Below are positions 11,287 through 23,047 of a stretch of 64,000 nucleotides of DNA, piece by piece. Positions within the stretch are counted from its first letter, which is position 1. Every line of letters starts with the position of its first letter. The DNA is from an uncultured Alphaproteobacteria bacterium (GTDB taxonomy: Bacteria; Pseudomonadota; Alphaproteobacteria; Sphingomonadales; Sphingomonadaceae), in NCBI GenBank assembly GCA_963768995.1, contig CAVYKA010000005.1:17513-81512 (forward strand), read 5' to 3'. A model generated the notes under the pieces. The model was not told the origin of the DNA. It did not search any database and saw nothing but the letters and a program-made list of their open reading frames with translations. The translations under genes and the position numbers were made by a program.

Positions 11287-12028
11287 GTGCGCGCCGGCGC
11301 TCCGCATCGCCGGGCTGATCGGCCTGTTCCTGATCTGCGCGCCGCCGCATTTCCTGAGCAAGCTGATGTTCGGCCGCTCGGCCTGGCCGCACCGGTTCTT
11401 GAGCGGCGCGGCGTGGATTGCCGGCGCGCGAGTGCGCACCAGGGGTCATCCCATCGCTCCGCACAGCCTGCTCATCGCCAATCACATGAGCTGGCTCGAC
11501 ATCCTCATCCTCGGCGGTGCGACCCGTTGCGCTTTCGTCTCCAAGGACGATCTCGGTCACGGGTTGATTCACTGGCTCGCCGACCAGAATGGGACGGTTT
11601 ACGTCAAGCGCAGCCATGTGCGCGGGGCCAGGGACCAGGCGCTGACCATCGCCCGCGCGCTTGAAGGCGACAAGCCGGTCGCGCTGTTCCCCGAAGGGAC
11701 CACCGGGCCAGGGACGCCATCTGCTGCCGTTTCGCTCGACCCTTCTCGAAGCCGCCAATTTCGCCGCCAAGGATGTCGCCATCCGGCCAGTTGCACTGCA
11801 CTATGGAGCGGCCGCCGCGGAAGTCGGCTGGTTCGAAGAGCCAGGCCATGTCCAACGCGCTGCGCCTGCTTGGACGGCGCGGCAGCTTTCCGGTTACCGT
11901 CCACTTGCTCGCCGGCGCTGGAACGGACCGGCGACCGCAAGCTGCTCGCCGCCCACGCGCATGCCGCGATCGCGTCCGCGCTCGGCTTCAAGTCGGACGC
12001 GACACCGCCTATAGAGTTGGCCGAATGA
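11287..12028 (+). CDS. Lysophospholipid acyltransferase (PlsC family); start uncertain, frameshifted
   Basis: [22 protein letters not shown] motifs. Confidence 0.82.
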
Positions 12029-13337
12029 CCCCCACCACGTACCGAATCAAAAGCTTCGGCTGCCAGATGAACGTCTATGACGGCGAGCGCATGGGCGAGC
12101 TGCTGGCGAGCCGCGGCATGACCGCGGCAGGCGAGGGCGAGGACGCCGATCTCGTCGTGCTCAACACCTGCCACATCCGCGAGAAAGCGGCGGAGCGGGC
12201 CTATTCGGACGTCGGCCGGTTGCGCCGCGAGGATGGCTCGAAGCCGATGGTCGCCTTGGCCGGCTGCGTCGCCCAGGCCGAAGGCGCCGAGGCGCAGCGG
12301 CGCTCGCCGCTGATCGACATCGTCGTCGGTCCGCAAGCCTATCATCGCTTGCCCGAACTGGTCGCCGAGGCGGCGCGCGGCGGCCGGCCGCTCGACACCG
12401 ACATGCCGGCGATTTCGAAGTTCGAGGCTATGCCCGCGCGCCGCCGCAGCGGACCGTCGGCCTTCCTCACCGTCCAGGAAGGCTGCGACAAATTCTGCAC
12501 TTATTGCGTCGTGCCCTACACCCGCGGCGCCGAGGTCAGCCGACCGGCCGCCGACATCGTCGCCGAGGCGCATGCGCTGGTCGACGGCGGCGCGCGCGAG
12601 ATCACCTTGCTCGGGCAGAACGTCAACGCATGGTGCGACGGCGCGCTCGGCCTCGCCGGCCTCATTCGCACGCTCGACGCGCATCGATGGCCTCGAGCGG
12701 ATCCGCTACACCACCAGCCACCCGACCGACATGGGCGACGACCTCATCGCCGCGCATGGCGAGGTGGCCAAGCTGATGCCCTATCTCCATTTGCCGGTGC
12801 AGTCGGGCAGCGACCGCATCCTGCGCGCGATGAACCGCAGCCACAGCGTCGACGGCTATTTGCGGACCATCGAGCGGGTTCGCGCGGCGCGGCCCGACAT
12901 CGCGATTTCGGGCGATTTCATCGTCGGCTTCCCAGGCGAGACCGAGGCGGATTTCGAAGCGACGCTGCAATGTAGTTGACGCGGTCGGCTATGCAGCGGC
13001 TTATTCGTTCAAATATTCGCCGCGCCCCGGGACCCCCGCGGCAACCATGGAGGACCAGATACCCGCACTCGTAATGGACGACCGCCTCCAGCGCCTCCAG
13101 GCGCGCCTTGCCGAGCACAGCATTGCCTTCAACCGCGACTGCGTCGGCCGCGACACGCGCATCCTCATCGACCGCGTCGGCCGCAAGCCCGGCCAGATGA
13201 TCGGCAAGTCACCCTGGCTCCAGTCGGTCTTCGCCACCACCGACGCCCGCATCGGCGAGATGATCGACGTGCATATCGTCGAGGCACTGCCCAACAGCCT
13301 CGGCGGCGTCGCGCTGGCGCAGGCGGAGGCCGCCTGA
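12025..13337 (+). CDS. miaB: tRNA ms2i6A37 methylthiotransferase MiaB (frameshifted)
   Basis: [29 protein letters not shown] radical-SAM motif, [19 protein letters not shown]. Confidence 0.93.
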
Positions 13338-14344
13338 TGGCCCGCCGCGACCTCGCCGCCGTCGTCGACAATGGTGAGGGCCGCGCGCGGCTCGAGCTGG
13401 AGTTCGACCAGCCCTATCTGCTCGGGCCATTGTTCGGCGACTACGACCGCCATTTGGTGACGATCGAAAGCCGGCTCGGCGTGCATATCGCGGCGCGCGG
13501 CAACAAGGTTCAGATCGAGGGCGAGGCGGATGCCGCGGCGCGCGCCCGCGACGTGCTGCTCGGTCTCTACAACCGACTCGACCAGGGTCATGACGTCGAT
13601 GCCGAAGCGGTCGCAGGCAGTCCTCGGCATGGCCGCGCAGCCGCACCTCGACGGGATTATCGAGGACGAAGTCACCTCGCCGCCCAAGGTGATGATCCGC
13701 ACGCGCAAGAAGACCATCGTCCCGCGCTCGGCGATCGCAGACCACCTACATGGAAGCGCTCGGCCGCGACGACATGATCTTCGCGCTTGGGTCCGGCGGG
13801 CACCGGCAAGACCTATCTCGCGGTCGCGCAGGCGGTGTCGCAATTGATCACCGGAAGCGTCGACCGGCTGATCCTGTCGCGACCGGCGGTCGAGGCCGGC
13901 GAACGGTTGGGCTTCCTTCCCGGCGACATGAAGGAGAAGGTCGATCCCTATCTGCGCCCGCTATACGACGCGCTCTACGACATGCTCCCGACCGAGCAGG
14001 TCGAGCGGCGGATCGCCAGCGGGCGAGATCGAGATCGCGCCGCTCGCCTTCATGCGCGGGCGCACGCTCAACGACGCTTTCATCATCCTCGACGAAGCGC
14101 AGAACACCACGCCGTTGCAGATGAAGATGTTCCTGACCCGCTTCGGGATGCGCGCCGGATGGTCATCTGCGGCGACCCCAATCAGGTCGATCTGCCCGAC
14201 CCGTCGAAGTCCGGCCTGGCCGATGCGGTGGGCAAGCTCGACGACGTCAAGGGTATCTCGATGGTCCGCTTCTCGTCCGCCGATGTCGTCCGCCATCCGC
14301 TCGTCGGGCGAATCGTCGATGCCTATGAGGGCCCCGGCGCATGA
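13337..14344 (+). CDS. phoH: PhoH-family ATPase (frameshifted)
   Basis: [44 protein letters not shown]. Confidence 0.9.
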
Positions 14345-14396
14345 GCGCCAAAAACGGGAAAGCTCGCATGAGCGCCAAAGCGAGAAGCGCCAAGTG

Positions 14397-14901
14397 ATGC
14401 TCGACATTGCCCTTGAAGCCGATGCGGAGTGGGACAGTAAAACGGGCTGGGATGCGCTCGCCCGCCGCGCCGCCGAAGCCGCCGTCGCCGAAAGCGCGTT
14501 CCCACAGCTGACGGGCTCGGCCCGTGCGGTCGAGATTTCGGTGCGGCTGGCAACCGACGAGGCGGTGCGCGCCCTCAACGCCGAGTGGCGCAGCAAGGAC
14601 CATCCCACCAACGTGTTGTCCTTTCCAATGGTCGAAAGAGCCGATCTGCTCAAAACAAATGTTGCGGGTCCGGAACTATTGCTCGGCGACATGATCCTTG
14701 CTCACGGCATCTGCGCCGCCGAAGCCGCGGACAAGGGCGTAGCGTTGGAGGACCATGCCGCGCACCTCATCGTCCACGGCACCCTCCACTTGCTCGGCTA
14801 CGACCATGAAGACGACGACCGCCGCCGATGACATGGAAGCGCGCGAAATCCGCGCTCTCGGGCGTCTCGGTATCGCCAACCCGTATCCGGCGTCCGTCTG
14901 A
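14397..14901 (+). CDS. ybeY: rRNA maturation RNase YbeY
   Basis: [39 protein letters not shown]. Confidence 0.92.
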
Positions 14902-15804
14902 TGGCGACTAACGACGACAGCGCTCGCAACGACGACCAGGATGGCGGCTCGCGGCTGTGGCGCGGAATGCGGCACCTGATTTTCGGCGGCGAAGGAGCCG
15001 AGCCTGCGCGACCAGATCGAGGAAGCGATCGAGGAAGCCGAGGATTCCAATCCGGTCGAAGGCGACCTGACGCCGCCCGAGCGGCAGATGCTGAGGAACT
15101 TGCTGCAGTTCGGCGACCAGACCGCCGGCGACATCTGCGTCACGCGCGGCGACATCATCGCGGTGCCGTCAAGCATCAGTTTCGAAAACCTCGTGCTCGC
15201 CTTCGCCGACGCCGGACACAGCCGCCTTCCTGTGTTTGGCGAAAGCCTCGATGAAGTCGTCGGCATGGTCCACATCAAGGATGTTTTCATCGCCAACGTC
15301 GATGAAAGCCGCGACCGGGCGATGACCGCGCTAATGCGCGAGCCCCTGTTCGTGCCCGAATCGATGGGTGTCATCGAACTGCTTGCGCGAATGCGCGCCG
15401 ACCACATCCATCTGGCGATCGTGGTCGACGAGTTCGGCGGGACCGAGGGTTTGGTGACGATCGAGGATGTCGTCGAGGAGATCGTCGGCGAAATCGAGGA
15501 CGAGCATGACGAGCAGGACAGCGCGATGCTGACCCTGCTCGAGGACGGCCTGTGGGAAGCCGACGCCCGGCTCGAGCTCGACGATCTGCGCGAAGCGGTC
15601 GACGCGCGGCTGACTGCGGTCGACGATGAGGTCGACACCATCGGCGGCCTCGCCTTCTTGCTCGCTGGCCGCATCCTGGGTGCGGGCGAAAGCGTCGAGC
15701 ATCCCTCGGGCTGGCGAATCGAATGCGTCGCGGCCGACTCGAAGCGGATCATGCGCGTACGCCTCCACGCGCCCGACAGTGATGCGGTGGCAACCGAGGA
15801 ATAA
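14901..15804 (+). CDS. CBS/CorC-HlyC domain protein (Mg/Co efflux CorC-like)
   Basis: HSRLPV, VVDEFGGTEGLVTIEDVVEEIVGEIEDEHD; ybeY-corC-lnt synteny. Confidence 0.88.
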
Positions 15805-15805
15805 G

Positions 15806-16228
15806 CTAATCCGTCGCGAATAGTTTCGCGGGGTCGGCCATCGCCTTGAACTCGAGCGCGTTGCCCGCCGGGTCGAGCAGGAACATCGTCGCTTGCTCGC
15901 CCGGCTCCCCGGCGAAGCGAACGCCCGGCGCGATTACGAATTGCGTCCCGGCGTCCTCAAGCCGCGACGCCAGCGCCCGCCAATCCGCCATGTCGAGAAC
16001 GACCCCAAAATGCGGCACGGGCACGTCTTCGCCATCGACCGGGTTGCTCGCCCGCGCCCGCACAGCTCCAGGCGCGTGATGCGCGACGATCTGGTGGCCG
16101 AACAAATTGAAATCGATCCAATGGTCCGCGCTTCGCCCTTCCGGGCAGCCGAGCAGCTCGCCGTAAAAGCGCCGCGCCGCGGCCAGGTCGTCGACCGGAA
16201 AAGCAAGGTGGAATGGGCGCAGCTCCAT
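15806..16228 (-). CDS. VOC/glyoxalase-family protein
   Basis: [43 protein letters not shown]. Confidence 0.88.
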   Translation of the reverse strand: MELRPFHLAFPVDDLAAARRFYGELLGCPEGRSADHWIDFNLFGHQIVAHHAPGAVRARASNPVDGEDVPVPHFGVVLDMADWRALASRLEDAGTQFVIAPGVRFAGEPGEQATMFLLDPAGNALEFKAMADPAKLFATD

Positions 16229-16239
16229 TCATAACTCTT

Positions 16240-16313
16240 GTCATTGGGAGCGCAGCGAAGCAATCCATGCGCGGGGAGTGGAATTCTTCGTCGCTTCGCT
16301 CCTGGCCATGACG
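16240..16313. repeat. Alphaproteobacterial palindromic element (REP/RPE-like), degenerate
   Basis: GTCATTGGGAGCGCAGCGAAGCAATCC...GGAATTCTTCGTCGCTTCGCTCCTGGCCATGAC; GTCAT/ATGAC termini. Confidence 0.65.
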
Positions 16314-16321
16314 GAGCCGTG

Positions 16322-17841
16322 ATGCTGTATGTTCTTTACGCCCTGCTGACCGGCGCTGCTTCCGCGCTCGCGTTCGAGCCGGTTGGCTGGTGGCCGCTGA
16401 TGCTCGTCGCGTTCGCCATAATGTGCGAGCTGATCTGCCGCGCGCGCTCGCTGTGGATCGGCATTCTCGCCGGCTTCGCGTTCGGCTTCGGGCAGTTCGT
16501 CGTCGGCCTCAACTGGATCGCGACCGCATTCACCTTCCAGGCGGCAATGCCGCCCGCGCTCGGCTGGGTCGCCGTCGTACTTGCTGTCGCTTTATCTCGC
16601 AGTGTATCCCGCGCTCGCCGCCGGGCTCGCCTGGCGCTTCGGCCGCAAGAACCGGCTCGGGTTGCTGTTCATTCTCGCCGGCGCGTGGGTCATCACCGAA
16701 TGGCTCCGCGGCACGCTCTTCACCGGCTTCCCGTGGAACCCGGCCGCCGTGGTCCTCGCGCCGACGCCGCTGGTGACCATGTCCCCGCTGATCGGCACTT
16801 ATGGACTGTCGGGTCTGGTGGTGCTGCTGGGCGGCGCCATGTGGCTCGAATTCCACAAGCGCTGGCTGCCGTTGGTGGTCATCGTCGGCGTCACTACGAT
16901 GCTGTGGCTGCTGCCCGCCTCGTCGGTGCCCGAAAATCCGCTTGCCGTACGCAACGATTCGCGTCGTTCAGCCCAATATCGGCCAGCAGGACAGGTGGCG
17001 TCCGGGGTTCGCGGATCAATCCGCACGCCGCCTCGCCGGGCTCTCGGGCGCGCCTTCGGCCCAGCCGCGCCTGCTGCTGTGGCCCGAATCCGCGGTCACC
17101 GAGCCGCTCGACGATCCGCGCCCGCAATATCAGGCGCTCGCGCAAGCCCAGCGCGACGCGCGCCGCGTCCGTCGCTTGGCGCCAACGACCGGCTGCTGAC
17201 CGGCGGCCTCGGGGTCACCTCGGCCGATGGCGGGCAGCGTCGACGGCCTCGTCCAACAGCGTTTTCGTGCTCGGCCCCGGCGGCCGGATGATCGGCCGCT
17301 ACGACAAGGCGCATCTGGTGCCTTACGGCGAATATCTGCCGATGCGCTCATTGCTGTCGTCGCTCGGCCTGGCGCGCCTCGCGCCGGGCGACATCGATTT
17401 CACCGTCGGGCCAGGCCCGCGCACGATCGACCTCGGCGGTCAATGGGGCAAGGTCGGGTTCCAGCTCTGTTACGAAATCATCTTCTCGGGCCGGGTGGTC
17501 GATCAGCGCAACCGCCCGGGCTTCATCTTCAACCCGTCCAACGACGCCTGGTTCGGCACCTGGGGCCCGCCGCAGCATCTCGCCCAGGCGCGGCTGCGCG
17601 CGGCCGAGGAAGGGCTGCCGGTGATCCGCGCGACTCCGACCGGGATCAGCGCGGTGATCGATGCCAAGGGCAAGGTCCTCAAGCAGATCGGCTGGCAACA
17701 GGCCGGCGTGATCGACTCGCGTGCTTCCACCGGCAGCCGATTCGCCGCCAATCTTCGCGCGCTTCGGCAACCTGATCCCGCTGCTGCTCGCTCTCGCTGC
17801 TGCTTGCCGTCGGCATTGTGCTTGGCCGGCGCGAGCGCTAG
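16322..17841 (+). CDS. lnt: Apolipoprotein N-acyltransferase (several frameshifts)
   Basis: [64 protein letters not shown]. Confidence 0.9.
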
Positions 17842-17850
17842 GGCGCGCTC

Positions 17851-17870
17851 ATATAAAGACTTCCTTATAT
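17851..17870. promoter_or_regulatory. 20-bp AT-rich palindromic operator upstream of metK (SahR-type candidate)
   Basis: ATATAAAG-ACTT-CCTTATAT, 27 nt before the metK ATG in GC-rich DNA. Confidence 0.55.
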
Positions 17871-17897
17871 CCCAGTCACAGGAATCCGCCGCGGGCC

Positions 17898-19125
17898 ATG
17901 CGCAGCTCCTATCTCTTCACGTCCGAATCCGTTTCCGAAGGCCATCCCGACAAGGTCGCCGACCAGATTTCACGACGCCATCGTCGATCTCTTCCTCGGC
18001 GAAGGATCCCGAAGCGCGGGTCGCTTGCGAAACCCTGACCACGACCCAGCAAAGTCGTCCTCGCGCGGCGAAATTCGCGGGCGCGGCATCATGGACGAAG
18101 CGCCGAGCACACTGGGCGCCCGGCGCGAGCAGGAAATCGAGCAGGTCGTCCGCAAGACGGTCCAGGACATCGGCTATGAGCAGGAAGGCTTCCACTGGGA
18201 AAGCCTCGACTTCGCCAACAATCTGCACGGCGCAGTCCGCGCACATCGCGCAGGGCGTCGATCGCCGCGGCAACAAGGACGAAGGCGCCGGCGACCAGGG
18301 CATCATGTTCGGCTATGCCACCGACGAAACGCCCGAGCTGCTGCCGGCGACGCTCTATTACAGCCACAAGATCCTCGAGCGCATGGCCGCCGATCGCCAC
18401 TCGGGCGCGGCGCCGTTCCTCGAGCCCGACGCCAAGAGCCAGGTCACGCTTGCGCTACGAGGACAGCAAGCCGGTGGCCGCGACCGCCATCGTCGTCTCG
18501 ACCCAGCACGCCAAGGGCTATCGACCAGGGTGACCAGGAAGCCGGAGCTCCACGCTTATGTGAAGCGCGTCGTCGCCGACGTCATTCCCGGCGCATCTGC
18601 TCGAGCGACGAAACCGTCTATCACATCAACCCGACCGGCAGCTTCGAGATCGGCGGCCCCGACGGCGATGCCGGCCTCACCGGCCGCAAGATCATCGTCG
18701 ACACCTATGGCGGCGCGGCGCCCGCACGGCGGCGGCGCCTTCTCCGGCAAGGACCCGACCAAGGTCGACCGTTCGGCCGCTTACATGGCGCGCTACCTCG
18801 CCAAGAACATCGTCGCCGCCGGCCTTGCCACGCGCTGCACCATCCAGCTCGCTTATGCGATCGGCGTGTCGCGAGCCGCTGTCGCTCTATGTCGACACCC
18901 ATCGGCACCGGCACGGTCGGCGACGACGCGATCGAGACGGCCATCGGCCGCATCGAGAAGCTCGGCGGCCTGACCCCGCGCGGCATCCGCACCCACCTCG
19001 GGCTCAACAAGCCGATCTACGCGAAGACCGCGGCCTACGGCCATTTCGGGCGCAAGGCCGGAAGGCAATCTGTTCCCGTGGGAAAAGACCGACCTGATCG
19101 ACGATTTGAAGGCGGCGCTGGCCGA
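17898..19125 (+). CDS. metK: S-adenosylmethionine synthetase (many frameshifts; 3' end approximate)
   Basis: [74 protein letters not shown]. Confidence 0.93.
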
Positions 19126-19158
19126 CCCGCGTCCGCACGTTCCCTGCGTGCGGCTTGT

Positions 19159-19518
19159 GCAGCCTTCGCGGCAGCGGACCCAGCGGCGCTTGCCGCCGCG
19201 CCAGATCGAACCGTCGTAATTATTGCCCGCGCGATCTTGGCGCGCAGCCGCAGCTCGTGGCGTTCGAGCGTTGGGGTCGACAGGTCGACGCGGACTTCGA
19301 TTCTGCTCGAGCCAGGATTGGGCGAGCGTCACCGGAATAGTCTCGCTCGTTGTCGATCAGCCGCGCCTGGAAGATCGCGCCGACCGCGCCCCTGCCGATC
19401 ACCAGATGAACCTCGATCGGCTTGGCGCCGGCCGTGCTGCACAACAGGCTTGAAGTCGCGTGGGCCGGGCTTGCCGCGAACAGCGCGAGCGCCGGGGACA
19501 AGGAGCGAGTTTGTTCAT
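19159..19518 (-). CDS. Small secreted hypothetical protein (reconstructed)
   Basis: [17 protein letters not shown] signal peptide, [10 protein letters not shown]..., [24 protein letters not shown]. Confidence 0.5.
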
Positions 19519-19580
19519 GGGCGCGACAGGTTGCGCCTTTCTTGCTGAACCGCAAGTTGAGCGACTAGGCGCGCTCACCG

Positions 19581-20285
19581 ATGACCGCGTTCAAGCCTGG
19601 CGACCCGCTCACCCTCAACCGGCTTTACGGCCGGTCGACCGGGCACAAGCTGCGCGACGGCCAGCAGGCGCTGATCGATACGCTGCTGCCGCAGATCGCG
19701 GTTCCGGAAGATGGCGAGATCAGCGCCGCGCTCGCTGTTCGGCGACGACCGCCCGCTCCATTTCGAGATCGGTTTCGGCTCGGGCGAGCATCTCGCCGAC
19801 GCGCGCCGACATGCTGCCCGACCACGGCTTCATCGGCGCCGAGCCGTTCCTCAACGGCGTCGCCACCGCGCTCGGCCACATCCGCGACAACGGGCTCGCC
19901 AATGTCCGGCTGTGGCGCGGCGACGCGCTCGACGTGCTCCAGCGCGTCCCCGACGGCGCGCTTGAGCTTCGTCTATCTGCTCCACCCCGACCCGTGGCCC
20001 AAGGCGCGCCACGCCAAGCGGCGGATGGTCAACGACGGCCCGCTCGGCCTGTTCGCGGCCAAGCTTCGCCCCGGCGGCGAGTTCCGCCTCGCGACCGACG
20101 ATCCGACCTATCTCGCCTGGTCGCTGATGGTCATGCAGCGCCATCGCGCACGCGTTCGAATGGCTCGCGCGAACGCCCGGCGCGATTTCCTCGAGCCGTC
20201 GGGCGGCTGGATCGAAACCCGCTACGGCGCCAAGGCGCGCCGCGAAGGCCGCCGGCCTTATTATTTGCGCTATCGGCGCGCCTGA
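19581..20285 (+). CDS. trmB: tRNA (guanine-N7)-methyltransferase
   Basis: FEIGFGSGEHL, FIGAEPFLNG, HPDPWPKARHAKRR, RLATDD, TRYGAKA. Confidence 0.9.
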   Translation: MTAFKPGDPLTLNRLYGRSTGHKLRDGQQALIDTLLPQIAVPEDGEISAALAVRRRPPAPFRDRFRLGRASRRRAPTCCPTTASSAPSRSSTASPPRSATSATTGSPMSGCGAATRSTCSSASPTARLSFVYLLHPDPWPKARHAKRRMVNDGPLGLFAAKLRPGGEFRLATDDPTYLAWSLMVMQRHRARVRMARANARRDFLEPSGGWIETRYGAKARREGRRPYYLRYRRA

Positions 20286-21404
20286 ACCGGCTCCAGCCGC
20301 AGCAGCCTCGCGCCACTGCCGCCGCGGCCGTCCTCGAGCAGATAAACCTCGCCGCGCGGTCCCTGGTCGACTGCGCGGATGCGCTGGCCCATGTCCCACT
20401 GTGTCGGCCTTGCGCGCCTTGTCGCCGTCGATGTCGACGCGGATCAGCGCCTGGCCCGACAGCGCCGCCGATCAGGGCGTCGCCCTTCCACTCCGGGAAC
20501 AGGTCGCCGGTGTAGATCATCAGGCCGCCCGGCGAGATCGCCGGGTTCCACCACAGCTTTCGGCTCCTCGAAGCCGCGGCTCCTGGTGGTCGTCGGGAAT
20601 GTCCGCGCCGTCATAATGGCTGCCGTAGGAGACCTCCGGCCAGCCGTAATTCTTGCCCTGGACGATCAGGTTGAGCTCGTCGCCGCCTTGCGGACCCATC
20701 TCCGCCGACCACAGCCGCCCGTCGGGCGCGAACGCCAGCCCGAGCAGATTGCGGTGGCCCATGCTGTGGAAGCGGCCGCCGATCGCGCTGCCCTTCGGCG
20801 GTCAGGTGGACGATCTTGCCGAGGTCGCTGTCCGCGGTCCTGCGCCGGCTGCATCTTCTGCCGGTCGCCCGAGCTGAGGAAAATCGTCCCGTCGGGCGCA
20901 AACGCGATGCGGTGCGCGAAATGGCCGTTGTCGGTGACCTTTGGCGTCTGCCGCCAGATGATCTTGAAGCCCTCGAGCCGCGGCGCGCCCTGGCCCATGA
21001 CCAGCCGGCCGTACCCGAGCGCCGCGCCGCTGGTGTCGTTCGGGCCGGCCTCGACGAAGGTCAGATAGATCGCGCTGATTGCCGGCGAAATCGGGGTGCG
21101 CGACGACGTCGCCGAGGCCGCCTTGCCCCGCGACCTTGACCGCGGGGACGCCGCTCACTGCCTGCCGGTTGCCGCTGGCGGTGTCGACCAGCCACAGCTT
21201 GCCTTCCTTTTCGGTCACCAGCGCCAGGTGGTCGTGCGCGACGCCGCTGCCCGGGCAGGAAGTCCATCGCCCACGGGTGTGGAGAAGCTCGCCACCTCGG
21301 TCGCCGTGAACGGCCGCGTCGGCACTTTGGGCATCGGCCGGGGGCGCCTGGGTGCACGCGGCGATGCTGGCCAAAAGCAGGGCTTGTAACGCTTTACGGG
21401 TCAT
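20270..21404 (-). CDS. PQQ-dependent soluble sugar dehydrogenase (YliI-type), lipoprotein; frameshifted
   Basis: IAAC lipobox, PWAMDF, GQGGLGDV, GHRNLLGLAF, EMGPQGGDELN, NYGWP, YTGDLFPEWKG. Confidence 0.85.
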
Positions 21405-21470
21405 CCACTTGTCCTTTTCTCTTCGTGGCCTTCATCGCCGGTCGTCATCGACTTCCTATATAGGACCGCA

Positions 21471-22527
21471 ATGGCATCTTGCAGCCTCTTGTCTCTCGCC
21501 ACCGCGGTTCCGCCGCATGTCGTCGAGCAATCGGCGGCCAAGGAAATCGGCCGGCGGGCGTTCCGCGGCAAGGCGGCCCTGTTCGATCGGCTGTCGGGCG
21601 TGTTCGACAATGCCGGGATCGACCGGCGCCATCTGGTCGCGCCGCTCGACTGGTATGAGCAGGCGCACGGCTGGGCCGAGCGCAATGCGCTTTATCTCGA
21701 AGCGGCCGACGCTGCTGTTCGCGCAAGCGGCGCGCAGGCGGCGATCGCCGAGCGCCGGCCTGACGTCCGGCCGACATCGACGGCGTCGTCACCGTTTCGA
21801 CCACCGGTATCGCCACCCCGAGCCTCGAAGCCCGCGTCGGTCCGCGGCTCGGTCTTCGCCCCGACGTCCGCCGCGTCCCGGTGTTCGGCCTCGGCTGCGC
21901 CGGCGGGGTCAGCGGCCTGGCGCTCGCCGGCGCGCCTCGCCGGCCGCCGAGCCCGGAACCAACTGGCTGTTCGTCACCGTCGAGACCTGCTCGATCTCGA
22001 TCCGCCTCGACAGCGACGATCCCGCGGCGATCGTCGCCACCGCCTTGTTCGGCGACGGCGCGGCGGCGGCGGTCGTCCGGCGCCGGGGACGGCGGCCTCG
22101 CGCAGCTCGGCCGGTCGGCCGAGAAATTGTGGCCCGACACGCTCGGGATCATGGGCTGGCGGGTCGAGGACCCGGGCCTCGGCGTGATGTTCGACCGCGC
22201 GATCCCGCCGTTCATCGAGGCCAATCTCGCCGACGCGCTCGACGCCATGTGCGGCGGAGCTTGGCATCACCCGCGCGGACATCGACCGCTTCTGCTGCCA
22301 TCCCGGCGGCGTCAAGGTGATCGACGCGATCGAGACCGCGCTTGCGCTTGCCGCAGGGCGAGCTCGACCTCGAGCGCGAGGTGCTGCGCGACTTCGGCAA
22401 CATGAGCGCGCCGACCGTGCTGTTCGTGCTCGAACGGCTGCTTGCCCGCGGGCTTCCGGAGCGGCCGATGATGACCGCGTTCGGCCCCGGCTTCACCTGC
22501 GCCGCACTGCTGCTCGAAGCGCCATGA
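21471..22527 (+). CDS. Type III polyketide synthase (BpsA/SrsA-like); frameshifted
   Basis: FGLGCAGG (Cys), ALFGDGAAA, CHPGG (His), FGNMSAPTVLFVL (Asn), AFGPGF. Confidence 0.88.
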
Positions 22528-23037
22528 TGTGGCCGGCCATCGCCATCCTCGCCTTCGTCACGCTGCAACGGCTCGGCGAGCTGGTCCTCGCGCGCGAGAA
22601 CACGCAGCGCGCTGCTGGCGCTGGGCGCGCGCGAGCATGGCCGTCGCCATTATCCGCTGATCGTCGCGCCTCCACGCATCGTGGCTGATCAGCTTGTGGT
22701 GGCTCGCGCCAGGCCGCGCCGGTCGCACTGGCCGTTCCTGCTCATGTTCGCGCTGCTTCCAGCTCGGCCGCTTGTGGGTGATCCGCACGCTCGGCCCTCG
22801 CTGGACGACACGGATCATCGTCCTGCCCGGCGCGCCGCTCGTCACGCAGCGGCCCGTTCCGCTTCGTCAGCCATCCCAATTATCTGGTCGTCATCGGCGA
22901 AATCGCGGTGCTGCCCCTGGTCTTCGGGCTGTGGCAGTTCGCGCTGCTGTTCAGCGTCCTCAATGCCGCTGGTCCTCGCGATCCGCGTCCGGGCGGAGAA
23001 GATCGCGCGCTGGCGCAATCGTCCGCGGCCGGCCTAG
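22524..23037 (+). CDS. Isoprenylcysteine carboxyl methyltransferase-family protein (BpsB/SrsB-like)
   Basis: LQRLGELVLAREN, HYPLIV, LGPRWTTRIIVLPGAPLV, HPNYLVV; overlaps PKS stop. Confidence 0.82.
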
Positions 23038-23047
23038 CAGCTGGGCG

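Noticed and set aside
16238-18973. 911-aa Lnt-MetK fusion ORF
   Set aside because: Patchwork of in-frame and out-of-frame segments; lnt has its own stop (17841) and metK its own start (17898)
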